A stretch of 64,000 nucleotides of DNA from Candidatus Eiseniibacteriota bacterium (GCA_963823555.1 CAWGMA010000001.1:1632001-1696000), one strand, 5' to 3'; counted from the stretch's first letter, positions 29,420 to 40,214 are shown. Notes: generated by a model from the letters alone, not told the origin. Numbers and translations: made by a program.

Positions 29420-30397
29420 CTACCAGAGCACGGACAACGCGGCCGCAACGCTGTTCGAATCGAACCCGGTGGGCGCCCGCGAGTCGTTCCCGATGGTGGC
29501 GATCTTCAACCCCAGGGCTCGAGTGAGTGGGTAGCCCACACTCACCGCCCAGGCCAGGTTCTTTCTCGTGTCGTTCTTGTCGACACCGTTGATCGTCGAG
29601 GCACCTCCGGTCCCGTAGGCGGCGCTCCCGCTGACCCACACACCCGGTCGAAAGGTGTAGATCCCATGCCCCTGGATGATGAAGAGAGGGTCTTGCTCCC
29701 GCTTGTTGCCGTTCCAGAACGCATGGTTGTCGGTGAAGAGCCATAGCGAGCCGGTGACCTCCGCCGACCATTTTCGATGATTGTGCACCATCCCGAGAGC
29801 GGGCCGGAACGTGAAGCGGTTTTCTCCGAGGTTGAGCAGCTTGTCCTCGTAGTACTGGCCCAGCGGAAGCTTGGCCGCCATCGCCACCCCGAGGATGGTC
29901 TCGACCGGATGCGATGCTCTGTAACGCGCGAACTCCGCCCCCTCCAGCGGCGGCCCGCCGAGCAGGTTGAGGGCGAACCGCAGCAGGGGGTCGGCGAATC
30001 CGCCTCGTGTCGCGGCTGCTTGCTCGCCACGAAGGAGGCCTTCCCAGCGCGCGTCCTCATGCATGAGCTCCAGTTCAACCCGTGCCGATCGGTCGACAAG
30101 GGCGAACGACCGCACGTATCTCGCGGCCACGGCATGATGGTCGAGAACGACATCCTCCGTCTCAAGCACCGGATCAAAGTAGATGTCCGCCCTGGTGAAG
30201 GCATAGCCCAGGCCGGCGAAGTTCATGTTGATCGGGAGGTGGGTCCAGCGCCGGGGTTCGATCTCCTGCGCTCCAGCGGGCGACAGCCAGAGGAGGAGCC
30301 AGAGGACAAGGCCAGGCGGCAGCAGAACCGCCATCGTCCCATGCTGAAGGGAATGCATCATGAGAAGCGAATCCAAGGGCTCGTAAACACCCGGCAA
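29420..30397 (-). CDS. Outer-membrane beta-barrel 'transporter' (MetA-pathway phenol degradation-like)
   Basis: QEIEPRRWTHLP, GFADP.LRF..NL.GGP, PLGQY...KLLNLGENRF, C-terminal W. True start uncertain. Confidence 0.7.
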   Translation of the reverse strand: MPGVYEPLDSLLMMHSLQHGTMAVLLPPGLVLWLLLWLSPAGAQEIEPRRWTHLPINMNFAGLGYAFTRADIYFDPVLETEDVVLDHHAVAARYVRSFALVDRSARVELELMHEDARWEGLLRGEQAAATRGGFADPLLRFALNLLGGPPLEGAEFARYRASHPVETILGVAMAAKLPLGQYYEDKLLNLGENRFTFRPALGMVHNHRKWSAEVTGSLWLFTDNHAFWNGNKREQDPLFIIQGHGIYTFRPGVWVSGSAAYGTGGASTINGVDKNDTRKNLAWAVSVGYPLTRALGLKIATIGNDSRAPTGFDSNSVAAALSVLW

Positions 30398-30524
30398 CCC
30401 ACCGCTCGCCGGCGGATGGATCTTGCATCGGCCACCACCATTCCGTACTGTGCACGTTCATCAAGACACATGTAACCCCGTTGCGGCAAGATATTTCGTC
30501 CATGCCGACCAGGGAGGAACCACG

Positions 30525-32455
30525 ATGCGGTTCAGGATACTAGGGTGGATCATCGTGTTCGCCGCTGTTCTCAACGTAGCTGCAACAACGTCCCCTCTTC
30601 ATGCTCAGGGCACCGACGCCTACATGGAGAAGGAGGACATGAAGCCGGCGAAGAAGGAGTTCTCACCCTACGCCAACCGCGATCGCTATCCCACCCACGT
30701 CTACTTCGGCGACACGCACCTCCACACCGCGCTCTCGATGGACGCCGGGACGTTCGGCAACCGCCTCGGGCTCGACGAAGCCTACCGGTTCACCCGCGGT
30801 GAGGTGGTGACCTCCTCCTCCGGCTACAAGGCCCGGCTGGGGCGGCCGCTCGACTTCGTGGTCATCGCCGACCACTCGGACGGCATGGGCTTCTTCTCGA
30901 TGTTCGCCGAGGGCGATCCCGCGATCATGGACAAGGAAGAGGGCCGGCGCTGGAACAAGGCGATCAACGAGGGCGGGCAGGCCGTCGGTCGACGCGGCCC
31001 TCGAGATCATCACCCTCTTCTCGCAGGGCAAGTTCCCCTGGGCGACCAACGACCCCGAGCTGATCGAAGCCGGTGTGGGCACGGCACCATCGAGGCCGCG
31101 GAGAAGTACAACGAGCCCGGAAAGTTCACCGCCTTCATCGGCTACGAGTGGACCTCGCTCGTCAAGGGCAACAACCTGCACCGGGTCGTCGTCTACCGCG
31201 ACGGCGCGGACAAGGCGAGCCGGACCCTGCCCTTCACGCTCGCCGACAGCGCCGATCCCGAGGAGCTGTGGAAGGCGCTCGCGGCGCTACGAGGAGACGA
31301 CCGGCGGCCAGGTCCTGGCCATCCCGCACAACGGCAATCTCTCGCAACGGTCTCATGTTCGACACGGTGACGCTGTCGGGAGCCCCGATCACCGACGGAC
31401 TACGCCGAGCGCCGCCAGCGCTGGGAACCGCTCTACGAGTCCACCCAGATCAAGGGCGACGGCGAGGCCCATCCGCTGCTCTCGCCGGACGACGAGTTCG
31501 CCGACTACGAGACCTGGGATCTCGGCAACCTCGACATGAGCCAGGCCAAGACGCCGGAGATGCTGCCCGGCGAGTACGCCCGTTCCGGCCTCAAGCGCGG
31601 TCTCGAGCTCGAGCAGAAGCTCGGCGTGAATCCGTACAAGTTCGGCCAGATCGGCAGCACCGACTCGCACACCTCGCTCCCCGCGGTCGAGGAGGACAAC
31701 TTCTTCGGCAAGCACTCCGGTGTCGAGCCGAGTCCCGAGCGCGCCAACCACGTCACTCTCGGCGGCGAGAACGGCAAGATCATGGGCTATCAGATGGCCT
31801 CGTCGGGATACGCCGCGGTCTGGGCCACGGAGAACACGCGCGAGGCGCATCTGGGACGCGATGAAGCGGCGGGAGACCTACGCCACCACGGGCTCGCGGA
31901 TGCTGGTCCGCTTCTTCGGCGGCTGGGAGTTCACGGCCGAGGACGCCATGACCCGCCTCCCGGCCGAGGCCGGCTACACGAAGGGCGTCCCGATGGGAGG
32001 GGACCTGCCGCCGGCGTCCTGCCGGCAAGTCACCGACCTTCCTGGTCGCGGCGCTCAAGGACCCCGTGGGCGGCAACCTCGATCGCATCCAGATCGTCAA
32101 GGGCTGGGTCGGGCGCCGACGGCAAGGCCCAGGAGCGCGTCTACGACGTCGCCGTCTCCGACGGTCGCCCGATCGACGCCAACGGCCGCTGCAAGAACGC
32201 CGGTCGGCAACACGGTCGACGTCGAACGGGCCATCTGGACCAACACGATCGGCGATCCGGAGCTCATCGCGGTCTGGACCGATCCCGACTTCGATCGCGA
32301 GCCAGCGGGCCTTCTACTATGCCCGCGTGATCGAGATCCCGACCCCGCGCTGGACGGCCTACGAGGCGCTGCGCTTCGGCGTCAAGATGCCGAAGGAAGC
32401 CAAGATGACCACCCAGGAGCGAGCCTACACGTCTCCGATCTGGTACACGCCGTAG
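30525..32455 (+). CDS. DUF3604 domain-containing protein (several frameshifts)
   Basis: Signal peptide; YFGDTHLHT, DFVVIADH, FTAFIGYEWTS, IPHNGN, GSTDSH, ETYATTG, YYARVIEIPTPRW, QERAYTSPIWYTP across frames. Confidence 0.8.
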
Positions 32456-32472
32456 GGGCTGCCAGCAACGAG

Positions 32473-32510
32473 CAGGGCTCATCCCCGCTATCGGGGATGG
32501 GCCCTGTTTC
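32473..32510. terminator. Intrinsic terminator between convergent DUF3604 and arsM
   Basis: CAGGGCTCATCCCCG-CTAT-CGGGGATGGGCCCTG followed by TTTC. Confidence 0.7.
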
Positions 32511-32522
32511 GCTTTCGTGACC

Positions 32523-33419
32523 CTAGCGCGGCTTCCGCAGCACGATGTCGGCGCTGCGCGCCACCGCCATCACCGCACTCGCCGCATCCGCACCGCTCCC
32601 GGCCGGCGGCGACTGCGAGCCGCGCACCGTGAAGCTCTCGATTTGGAGCCCGGATCCCTCGATCGCCTGCTTGTAGTCAGCGATCAGCACCGCGCCACCG
32701 ATGCAGCAAGCGATGGCATCTGGATCCTTGCGCACCGCTTCGGGCAATGGAGCCAAGAGCACGATGTCCGAGATGTAGGCCCGTCCGCCGGGCTTCAAGA
32801 CACGTCGGATCTCGGCAAAGGCAGCTCGTTTGTCCGGCACCAGGTTGATCACGCAGTTCGAGAGAGCGACATCCATCTCGGCATCGCCGATGGGCAGGTG
32901 CTCGATCTCCCCGAGCCTGAACTCGACATTCGGAAAGCGACCGGCGGCGTTCCGGCGCGCGCGCGACACCATCGCCGGAGTCATGTCGACCCCGATCACC
33001 CTGCCCTCGGGACCCACAGCGCGGGCGGCGAGGAAGCAGTCGACGCCGGCACCCGATCCGAGATCGAGCACCGTCTCCCCCGGCGCGATGCACCCGAGCG
33101 CCGTCGGATGGCCGCACCCGAGACCAAGATCGGCCCCTTCGGGAATCGCCGTGAGCTCCTGCGCCCCGTAGCCGGCGGCGGTCCAGCCCGAGGCCGTCTG
33201 GTCACCACAGCACGAGCTCCCGGTCAGGACCTGCTCGCCCACCTTGAATTCGACGCCCGTGGCCGTCCCAGGCGCCTCCCGTTCGGCGATCCGAGCATAC
33301 CGACTGCGCACATGCTCCCGGATGTCCTCGGATTCCATGGCGTCGGAAGCGCGCACGCGCCCGCCCGTCGAGGAGGATGAGGATCCACAACAACTGCCCG
33401 ACGTCTTCTCTTCCTTCAT
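32523..33419 (-). CDS. arsM: Arsenite S-adenosylmethionine methyltransferase
   Basis: SSCCG, GLGCGHP, VLDLGSGAGVDCF, GVDMT, SNCVINL, CCIGGA; directly downstream of arsR. Confidence 0.85.
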   Translation of the reverse strand: MKEEKTSGSCCGSSSSSTGGRVRASDAMESEDIREHVRSRYARIAEREAPGTATGVEFKVGEQVLTGSSCCGDQTASGWTAAGYGAQELTAIPEGADLGLGCGHPTALGCIAPGETVLDLGSGAGVDCFLAARAVGPEGRVIGVDMTPAMVSRARRNAAGRFPNVEFRLGEIEHLPIGDAEMDVALSNCVINLVPDKRAAFAEIRRVLKPGGRAYISDIVLLAPLPEAVRKDPDAIACCIGGAVLIADYKQAIEGSGLQIESFTVRGSQSPPAGSGADAASAVMAVARSADIVLRKPR

Positions 33420-33420
33420 G

Positions 33421-33777
33421 TCATTCCTCCGCGAAAAGAGCCGCTGGAACCAGCTCTGGACCACGTGGCGCCAGCCTCAGGAACTGCGCCAGCCTCGCCA
33501 GGACATCCTCGCGCGCGCGGCAATAGAGGAATTGCCCGCGCCGCTCCATCTCGATCAGCCCCGCCGTGCGCAGCTCCTTGAGATGGTGGGACACCGTCGA
33601 TGCCGCCAGGTCGCACTCCCGAACCAGATCCCCCACACAGCAACCGACCGGCTCGGCCTTTCCCTCCTCCTCGCAAGGCAGGAAGCAGCAGAACTGCTGC
33701 GACCGGATGATCTGGAGGAGCTTGATGCGCTGCGGGTGGCAGAGGGCCTTGAACTGACGGGCAAGCAGATCGATCAT
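33421..33777 (-). CDS. arsR: ArsR/SmtB family repressor
   Basis: FKALCHPQRIKLL...CCVGDL...ASTVSHHLKELRTAGLI...RRGQ. Confidence 0.88.
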   Translation of the reverse strand: MIDLLARQFKALCHPQRIKLLQIIRSQQFCCFLPCEEEGKAEPVGCCVGDLVRECDLAASTVSHHLKELRTAGLIEMERRGQFLYCRAREDVLARLAQFLRLAPRGPELVPAALFAEE

Positions 33778-33800
33778 CTTGGACTCCCCTGAAGGCTGAC

Positions 33801-33824
33801 TTCGATAGTTCTAATACTATCGAA
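33801..33824. promoter_or_regulatory. Putative ArsR operator
   Basis: Perfect 9-6-9 inverted repeat TTCGATAGT-TCTAAT-ACTATCGAA, 24 bp upstream of arsR in an AT-rich intergenic region. Confidence 0.7.
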
Positions 33825-33909
33825 CTCTTATCCTGGTTTCAGTCATTCTTTCCCCGGGGTCCCGGAAGTAGACTGCCCCGATGCTCTCCCTCACCCGGAC
33901 CCACGCCTG

Positions 33910-35196
33910 ATGACGCCGCCCACCAGCCCGCGCCCCTTCCCGGGCTCGAGGCTACTCATCTATCTCTCAAGACCGCTTCATTTTACGCGGAACGCACAGC
34001 TCTACCTCGCGGGCTCCCTGCTCATGGGATTCGGGCACGGGGCGGTCTGGGTCCACATGAACCTCTACTACCGGAGCATCGGCCTGACCGAGGCGGCGAT
34101 CGGCCAGATCCTCGCTGCCGGCTCCCTGGGCACCGTCCTCGTCGCTCTCCCCGCGGCCTTCTGGGTGGATCGCCTGCCCGCGCAGCGGGTCTTCGTGATC
34201 TCGGCGCTCGTCTTCAGCCTCGCCCTCGGCATCCAGCTCGGCCTCACATCCCCTCTCGCCCTCGCCGTCATCGCGGCGGTCATGCGGGGTCTGTTCACCG
34301 TGCACTGGGTGGCCGCCGCGCCCTTCTTCATGCGCAACGCCGAGGAAAGCGATCGGCTCGAGCTGTTCAGCTTCGCCTTCGCCCTCGAGACGCTGGCGAC
34401 GGTGATCAGTTCCGCCGGCGTTGGCGCCCTCGCCGAGTTCGTCACCGGCGTCACGGCCTCCGAGACCTCCGGGCTCCGGATCGCCCTCGGCTCCGCCGCC
34501 CTCGTGGCGGGACTCGCCGCCATCCCATTCGCTCGCATCCAGAGTCCGCCGGCCGGCGGCGCGCACCGGCGCCAGCCGATCGACTACTTGCGGGCCCGCA
34601 ACTGGCCCCTCCTCGGCCGCCTGCTCTTCCCATCGTTCCTGATCGGTTGTGGTGCGGGCCTCATCATCCCCTTCCTCAATCTCTACTTTCGTGATCGCTT
34701 CCATCAGCCTCCAGGGTCGATCGGAGCCTTCTTCGCCGTTTCGCAGATCCTCACCATGGTCGGCTTTCTCGCCGGTCCCCCTCTCGCCCGCCGGGTCGGC
34801 GTGGTGCGCACGGTGGTCGCCACCGAGCTGTGCTCGATCCCGTTCTTTCTCCTTCTCGCCCTCGCTCAGGACCTTCGCATCGCCGTCTTCGCCTTCTGGA
34901 TGCGCGCCGCGCTCATGAACATGAACCATCCCGTGTCAACGAGCTTTGCGATGTCCGTCGTGGAGCCCGGAGACCAGGCCGTGACCAATTCACTGCGCGA
35001 GCTCACCTGGAACATCGCCTGGATGGTCAGCACCCAGGCCGGCGGCTTCCTCATCGAGCGCCACGGGTACTCGAGACCCATGTTCATCACGATGACCCTC
35101 TACGCGGTATCTGCGGGTCTGTTCTTTGCCTTCTTCCGCGGCGTCCAAGCGGGGAAGCCGAAAGCCGCACTGGAGACCGAACCGGCGTGGGAGTGA
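33910..35196 (+). CDS. MFS transporter
   Basis: About 12 hydrophobic segments; NLYY...GL....IG, IPFLNLYF, RAALMNM motifs. Confidence 0.85.
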   Translation: MTPPTSPRPFPGSRLLIYLSRPLHFTRNAQLYLAGSLLMGFGHGAVWVHMNLYYRSIGLTEAAIGQILAAGSLGTVLVALPAAFWVDRLPAQRVFVISALVFSLALGIQLGLTSPLALAVIAAVMRGLFTVHWVAAAPFFMRNAEESDRLELFSFAFALETLATVISSAGVGALAEFVTGVTASETSGLRIALGSAALVAGLAAIPFARIQSPPAGGAHRRQPIDYLRARNWPLLGRLLFPSFLIGCGAGLIIPFLNLYFRDRFHQPPGSIGAFFAVSQILTMVGFLAGPPLARRVGVVRTVVATELCSIPFFLLLALAQDLRIAVFAFWMRAALMNMNHPVSTSFAMSVVEPGDQAVTNSLRELTWNIAWMVSTQAGGFLIERHGYSRPMFITMTLYAVSAGLFFAFFRGVQAGKPKAALETEPAWE

Positions 35197-35251
35197 ACGC
35201 GAACGCGGGGCGAGCGGTCCCCGATCGAGTTCGTGTCGCCGGTGGAGAGGG

Positions 35252-37438
35252 CTAGCGGATGAGAGCGATCTTGGTCGTTGCCGCCACCCCTGCGCCCTCG
35301 ACGCGCAGGAAGTAGATTCCAGCCGCCGCCGGCTGGCCCTCCTGGTCCCGGCCGTCCCATTCGAGCGAATGGAACCCAGGAAGGAAATCCGCGGCCGCCA
35401 CTTGGCGTACCAGCCGACCATCGAGGTCGTACACACCGACACGCCCCTCACCATGCCGCGGCCACTCGAACTCGGCGAGTGCTCGGCCCGGGCTCGGGTT
35501 CGGCTTGACCGCAAGGCGGATTCCAGACGCGGGCACGACCGCTCCCGGATCGGCGACCCCGATCGGGGGCACTCGCCGGTAGTAGTTGAGACCGCCGTTC
35601 CGCTCGCCGACGAAGAGATCCCGGTGGCTGTCCCCGGTGACATCCACCAGGCGGCTCGCGCTCTCGTTGCCGACCAGGGCTCCCCCGAAGGCCTCCGACT
35701 CGAGGACGAAGTTGAAGCTCTGCGCAGTGCCCGTGTTGCGGTAGAAGTTGAGATTGCCTTCCCGCTCCCCCACCAGCAGATCGAGATCGCCGTCGCCGTC
35801 GATATCGACGAGTTCCGGCGCCAGATCGCCATCGAACACCCGCTGGGCAAAGACGAATGTGTTCGGCGTGTTGTCGCTCACGGTCACCCACACCGGGCTC
35901 TGCGTCGTTCCGGTGTTCCGCACATAGAAGAGCCGCGGCACCCCCGTGACACCGAACTCACCGACCAGAAGATCGAGATCGCCGTCACCGTCGAGATCCC
36001 CCAGGGCTGGTGCCGCGTTGAAATCGGCCTGGATGTTCCCGAACTGGGAGCTGGCCAGCACGAGCGAGCGATTCTGCGGAGTGCCCACGTTACGATAGAA
36101 GCGCACCCGCGCCGGACTCCCCACGCCCACGAAGAGATCGAGATCACCATCTCGCTCATAATCGATCCACACCGGGGCCGCGGCCAGCCCGACATCGATC
36201 GTCAGATCACTGCCATCGGTCAGCGGCGGCTGCTTGACGAAGCTCGGGCTCGTCGCCGTCCCCGTATTCAGGAACGGGATGATCGTGCCGTCGTCGGCGC
36301 CGAGGAAGAGATCCTGGTCGCCATCGGCATCGATGTCGGCTGTGGCCGGATGCGAGCTCCTGCCGATATCGATGGCCTTGATCAGATTGAGATCAACCGC
36401 CGTCATGCTCGGCACCTGCGGCGACCCGCCGTTGACGAACCAGATCAAGTTGTTGAGCGCTGCCCCCTGGTTGGTGACACCGACAATGAGATCGAGATCA
36501 CCGTCGTCATCGAGGTCACCAAAACGTGCCTGATTCAGCCCCAGGGTCTCGATCGGCAGGAAGTCGTGCGTGATCCGGTGGTAACAGACCTGGGCCGGCG
36601 TGCACGCGGGCGCGCACGTCCCCGGGCTGTTGCGGAAATACCAGAGGTTCGTGTTCACCAGATCGCCGATGAAGATGTCGGTGTGGAGGTCGGCATCGAT
36701 ATCGGCGGTGGCGATGACCGAAATCCCGTGCTGGGGCTCCACGGAAGCGCCTGCGGGCATCGCAGGTCGGGCCAGCCCCGGATCGAAGGTGTCGATGCAA
36801 CCGAAGGTGTCGGTGACGAACACCATGTTCGGGACCTGACGGTTGCCGTCATTGCGGAAGAAACGGGCGGTCCCGAAGTTCTGCTCCATCTCGAGATAGT
36901 CGAGATCCAGGTCCCCATCGACATCGATGAACGCCGGCGTATTGCCGAACCCGGAGTTCACGATGCCCTGCCAGTTCGCGGTGACGAACGTCCAGTTCGG
37001 CTGGCTCGCCGAGCCCGTATTGCGATGGAAGACCACCGCACCGATGCCATCGGTGAACAGATCGAGGTCGCCATCGTCATCAATGTCGGCGAGGGCAGCC
37101 CAGGTGTTGGCATCGATGCCCTGCAGCCAATCGGTGACGAAGCGGAAGAGGAACGCAGCCGGCGTGCCCTCGTTTCGGTAGTAGGTGAGGCCGCCATCCG
37201 GCTGGACGATGAGAAGATCGAGATCACCGTCATCATCGAGATCGACGAGATCGGGCTTGGGACTGTCGAGCCCCCCCGTGAACGGCTCGGCGAGCGGTGT
37301 CCCCACGTGGACCGGAATGCCGCCGATCTGGCGCTGGAAGGTGAAGTCCGCTGCCGCCGGCGACGCGAGCGCGACGGTGAGGGCGCCGGCCGTCACGGCG
37401 CAATGAACGGTCGAGAGCATCTGCATCTTGGTCATCAT
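35252..37438 (-). CDS. Secreted FG-GAP/VCBS repeat protein with FlgD-Ig/T9SS-like C-terminal domain
   Basis: Signal peptide; many D.DGDGDLDL..G...YRN.GT repeats; C-terminal PNPS...WDGRD..G...AAGIYFLRV...IALIR. Confidence 0.88.
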   Translation of the reverse strand: MMTKMQMLSTVHCAVTAGALTVALASPAAADFTFQRQIGGIPVHVGTPLAEPFTGGLDSPKPDLVDLDDDGDLDLLIVQPDGGLTYYRNEGTPAAFLFRFVTDWLQGIDANTWAALADIDDDGDLDLFTDGIGAVVFHRNTGSASQPNWTFVTANWQGIVNSGFGNTPAFIDVDGDLDLDYLEMEQNFGTARFFRNDGNRQVPNMVFVTDTFGCIDTFDPGLARPAMPAGASVEPQHGISVIATADIDADLHTDIFIGDLVNTNLWYFRNSPGTCAPACTPAQVCYHRITHDFLPIETLGLNQARFGDLDDDGDLDLIVGVTNQGAALNNLIWFVNGGSPQVPSMTAVDLNLIKAIDIGRSSHPATADIDADGDQDLFLGADDGTIIPFLNTGTATSPSFVKQPPLTDGSDLTIDVGLAAAPVWIDYERDGDLDLFVGVGSPARVRFYRNVGTPQNRSLVLASSQFGNIQADFNAAPALGDLDGDGDLDLLVGEFGVTGVPRLFYVRNTGTTQSPVWVTVSDNTPNTFVFAQRVFDGDLAPELVDIDGDGDLDLLVGEREGNLNFYRNTGTAQSFNFVLESEAFGGALVGNESASRLVDVTGDSHRDLFVGERNGGLNYYRRVPPIGVADPGAVVPASGIRLAVKPNPSPGRALAEFEWPRHGEGRVGVYDLDGRLVRQVAAADFLPGFHSLEWDGRDQEGQPAAAGIYFLRVEGAGVAATTKIALIR

Positions 37439-37926
37439 TCTCGTGTCATCCAGAACAGGGGGGTGAGGATCTCGATACCGCTTGCTCCATTATAGCCACT
37501 TCCAGGTGGCCGACGTGAGGGCCCGGTCGGATCCCGTGAGTCGCCTGCTCCGGGGACCGGCATGAAGGGTGCATCCTGCATGAAGTACGGATGGATCTTG
37601 CATGCTTTCATCCCCCCGGACTGAAGCCCCACACCGGCACGCACCATCGAGGGTCCATCGCGATGCGGACTTGCGGCAACGGGGCGGCCCCCCCCGCTTC
37701 CTGGCACCCGATGTGCAATCTCACCCGCGCGGTTCCTGAGCTGCATGTGAGTTTCCCCGGATCCAGCGCAAGGGCTCAAGTCGGGAGTCGAACGTCAGGG
37801 ACAGCGGGGCGAGCGCCCAGGCGAGCGCCCAGCGGTCCGGGATCGACCCCCACCTTCCGTACGGATGCGCCCGGATCTCCCGGAATCACGGCAAGCACGG
37901 GAACCGCTTCATTCATGCCCGCGACA

Positions 37927-38295
37927 TCATCTCCCCGAATGAAGTGCATCCACGATGTGAACCAGATCGAGGCCCTTCTCGGGAGCCCAGTCGATCGCGA
38001 TCACATCGCATCGCAAGATCCCCCCGCACCTCGCCGCCAGCTCACTCGCCGCCGACCACATCCGTGCCCGCTTCGCCGGGGATAGGGTCTCGACGGCCGA
38101 CCCGTAGCGACCTCGACGCCGCAGTCTCACTTCAACGATGCAGGTGAGATCACCGCGCGTGGCCACGAGGTCCACCTCGCGCCGTCCCCGGCGCAGGTTC
38201 CGCGCCACCACGGTGAATCCCTGGAGCTCGAGGTAGGCCGCCGCGATCGTCTCGCCGATCCGGCCCAGAGCAGTCGTCGTCCACTGGCTTGTCAT
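37927..38295 (-). CDS. yraN: YraN family protein
   Basis: LGRIGETIAAAYLE..GF.VVARN.R....EVDLVA...VEVR.R...RCDVIAI. Confidence 0.85.
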   Translation of the reverse strand: MTSQWTTTALGRIGETIAAAYLELQGFTVVARNLRRGRREVDLVATRGDLTCIVEVRLRRRGRYGSAVETLSPAKRARMWSAASELAARCGGILRCDVIAIDWAPEKGLDLVHIVDALHSGR

Positions 38296-38345
38296 GGCGT
38301 CTCCGGCGGGGAGCGCCGAGTTCGGGCACGCGGCGGGATTGGCTG

Positions 38346-40214
38346 TCAGGGCGGGGATCCGGATGCGGGGGGCTGTAGTCGGAACGAAGCGGCACGCACC
38401 GATTGCGGGGTTACCCCTGGAGGATTGATGCCGGTGTGAACCTGGTAGCGGTCTTGCCGCCACCCCTTCAGCTCCATGGCCAGGGCCGTCGATTCCCCGG
38501 GTTTCGGCTCGTAGAGCGCGACTTCGATCCCGTAGTCACCGGGCCCGCAGTCCTCGGGCATGCGAAAGATGATGATCTCGTTGAATCCACGGCCACCGAG
38601 TGCCGGGAGCTCCATCAACCCGTGAGCAAGCCAATGGGTCAGATCGAGACGCACGTGCCCGCCGGAATCGACGACGTGCAAGACGGCGCGCAGCGATCGC
38701 GCGTGGTCCACACCATTCGGAGCCAGCGGCGGTTGGCCGCCATCCCATCCCGCCCGCCAGTGCAGACGGAGCGTGACGAGCCCTCCTGGCCGCCGGCCCG
38801 GCGCCAGGACCACATCGGCTTGCTCGAGAACGAGTTCACGGCCGAAGCTGGCGATGAGACCCAGGATCGGAGCGTCCTCGGGCTTCAGGAATTGCGCTAC
38901 CCCACCTGCATCCCGTGTGAGCACGCTCGCATAGCGCGTGCGCCGCAAGAGAACCACACTCCCCTCTTCCAGCTGGGCGTCGAGGATCGCCCTCTCCTCC
39001 GCCGTCAGCGGCCTATCGGGGGGAGTCAAGCCGGGCAATGGTCGCCATGCCCTGGGCCGACGATCGAGGGCGAGCCCATACAGCTCGACGTCGTCCCAGC
39101 TCGCCACGAAGTCGCTCGGGTTGGCCAGGGCCGCGTTGAGGTCGCGGCAGAAGACCGGGAACTCCTCTGCCTGGCGCCAGGTCGGAGCCACCTGATGCCG
39201 CACCGCCAGGAAAAGACCCACGACCAGAACGACAAGTCCGAGCCCCGCTCCCGCCGGCCCCAGCGAAACCCGGGCCACACGAGCGGCCGCGCGCCGCAAG
39301 GATGCCACCCCGCTTCCTGCCAGCACCGCGAGCCACGGCGCAAGCACCACAGCCGATTCCGCCCAGCCGGCCCGTGGCGCATAGAACACGGCAACCAGCA
39401 ACAGCGTGGCGGCGACCCCGTAGGCGAAGCGACGATGCGGTCCCCCGCGAGCGATTCCCAGCAGAGCGCCGGGGAGCGCCATCAGAGCGACACCGCCCAC
39501 GCCGACGGCGAGCATCAGGGCCTCGGCTGCGGCCTCCGGGGCATATCCGGGATCCCCCGTCGTCACCAGTCCCGGACGCACGAAGACCGCATAGGCGGCC
39601 CACGGCACGAGTGCAGGCAGACCCATGCGCAGATCGCCGCGTAATCGCGGCGCTGCGAGCAGCATGGGCAGAGACAGGAGGGCCCGGCTCGAGACGAAGA
39701 GCAGCGCCCCGAAGAGGGCGAGTCCTGCGGCCGGGCGACCGGTCCAGGCCAGAGCGGCGGCCGTGGCCACCATGGCGACCTCGACACCCGCGACATCGGC
39801 CGATGGGGCTCGCAGGAGAAATGGTCCGCAGGCCAGGAGGGCCAGTGCAGCGGCCACGGGCTCGAGCAGCCGATCGATCGGAGCCCCGCCGCGCGCCAGA
39901 GCGCTCCGGCACCGCGCCACGGCCAACGTGGCGAGAATCCCCGCGGCCAACCCCAGCAGGTTCAGGTCTCGGCTGGCGGCGGACGGCATGATCGTATCGG
40001 CGGCCATGCCGAGGATGATGTACCCGGCCCGCTCGGGAGAGCTGAAGGGGCGGCCCTCGGTCACGGCCCGGACCACCTGCACTCCCTGGCCCCTCCACTG
40101 CACGCCGCTCAACCACGGCAGGAGCACGACAGCGGCGAGAATCGTGACGAGGACGGCCAGGAGACGCGGACGCGCCCCGGGCGGGCCCGGGCTATGGGCG
40201 GGATTCAGAGGCAT
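38346..40214 (-). CDS. Hypothetical polytopic membrane protein with soluble C-terminal domain (GT-C-like architecture)
   Basis: Many TM segments, then 'LRLHWRA...LHVVD..G...GDYGIEVALY' beta-rich domain. Confidence 0.6.
   Translation of the reverse strand: MPLNPAHSPGPPGARPRLLAVLVTILAAVVLLPWLSGVQWRGQGVQVVRAVTEGRPFSSPERAGYIILGMAADTIMPSAASRDLNLLGLAAGILATLAVARCRSALARGGAPIDRLLEPVAAALALLACGPFLLRAPSADVAGVEVAMVATAAALAWTGRPAAGLALFGALLFVSSRALLSLPMLLAAPRLRGDLRMGLPALVPWAAYAVFVRPGLVTTGDPGYAPEAAAEALMLAVGVGGVALMALPGALLGIARGGPHRRFAYGVAATLLLVAVFYAPRAGWAESAVVLAPWLAVLAGSGVASLRRAAARVARVSLGPAGAGLGLVVLVVGLFLAVRHQVAPTWRQAEEFPVFCRDLNAALANPSDFVASWDDVELYGLALDRRPRAWRPLPGLTPPDRPLTAEERAILDAQLEEGSVVLLRRTRYASVLTRDAGGVAQFLKPEDAPILGLIASFGRELVLEQADVVLAPGRRPGGLVTLRLHWRAGWDGGQPPLAPNGVDHARSLRAVLHVVDSGGHVRLDLTHWLAHGLMELPALGGRGFNEIIIFRMPEDCGPGDYGIEVALYEPKPGESTALAMELKGWRQDRYQVHTGINPPGVTPQSVRAASFRLQPPASGSPP

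Noticed and set aside
30900..32400. Programmed frameshifting or true pseudogene in DUF3604
   Set aside because: Too many scattered indels without slippery sites; best explained as sequence error.
37809..37832. Tandem 12-mer GCGAGCGCCCAG x2
   Set aside because: Only two GC-rich copies; no supporting context.
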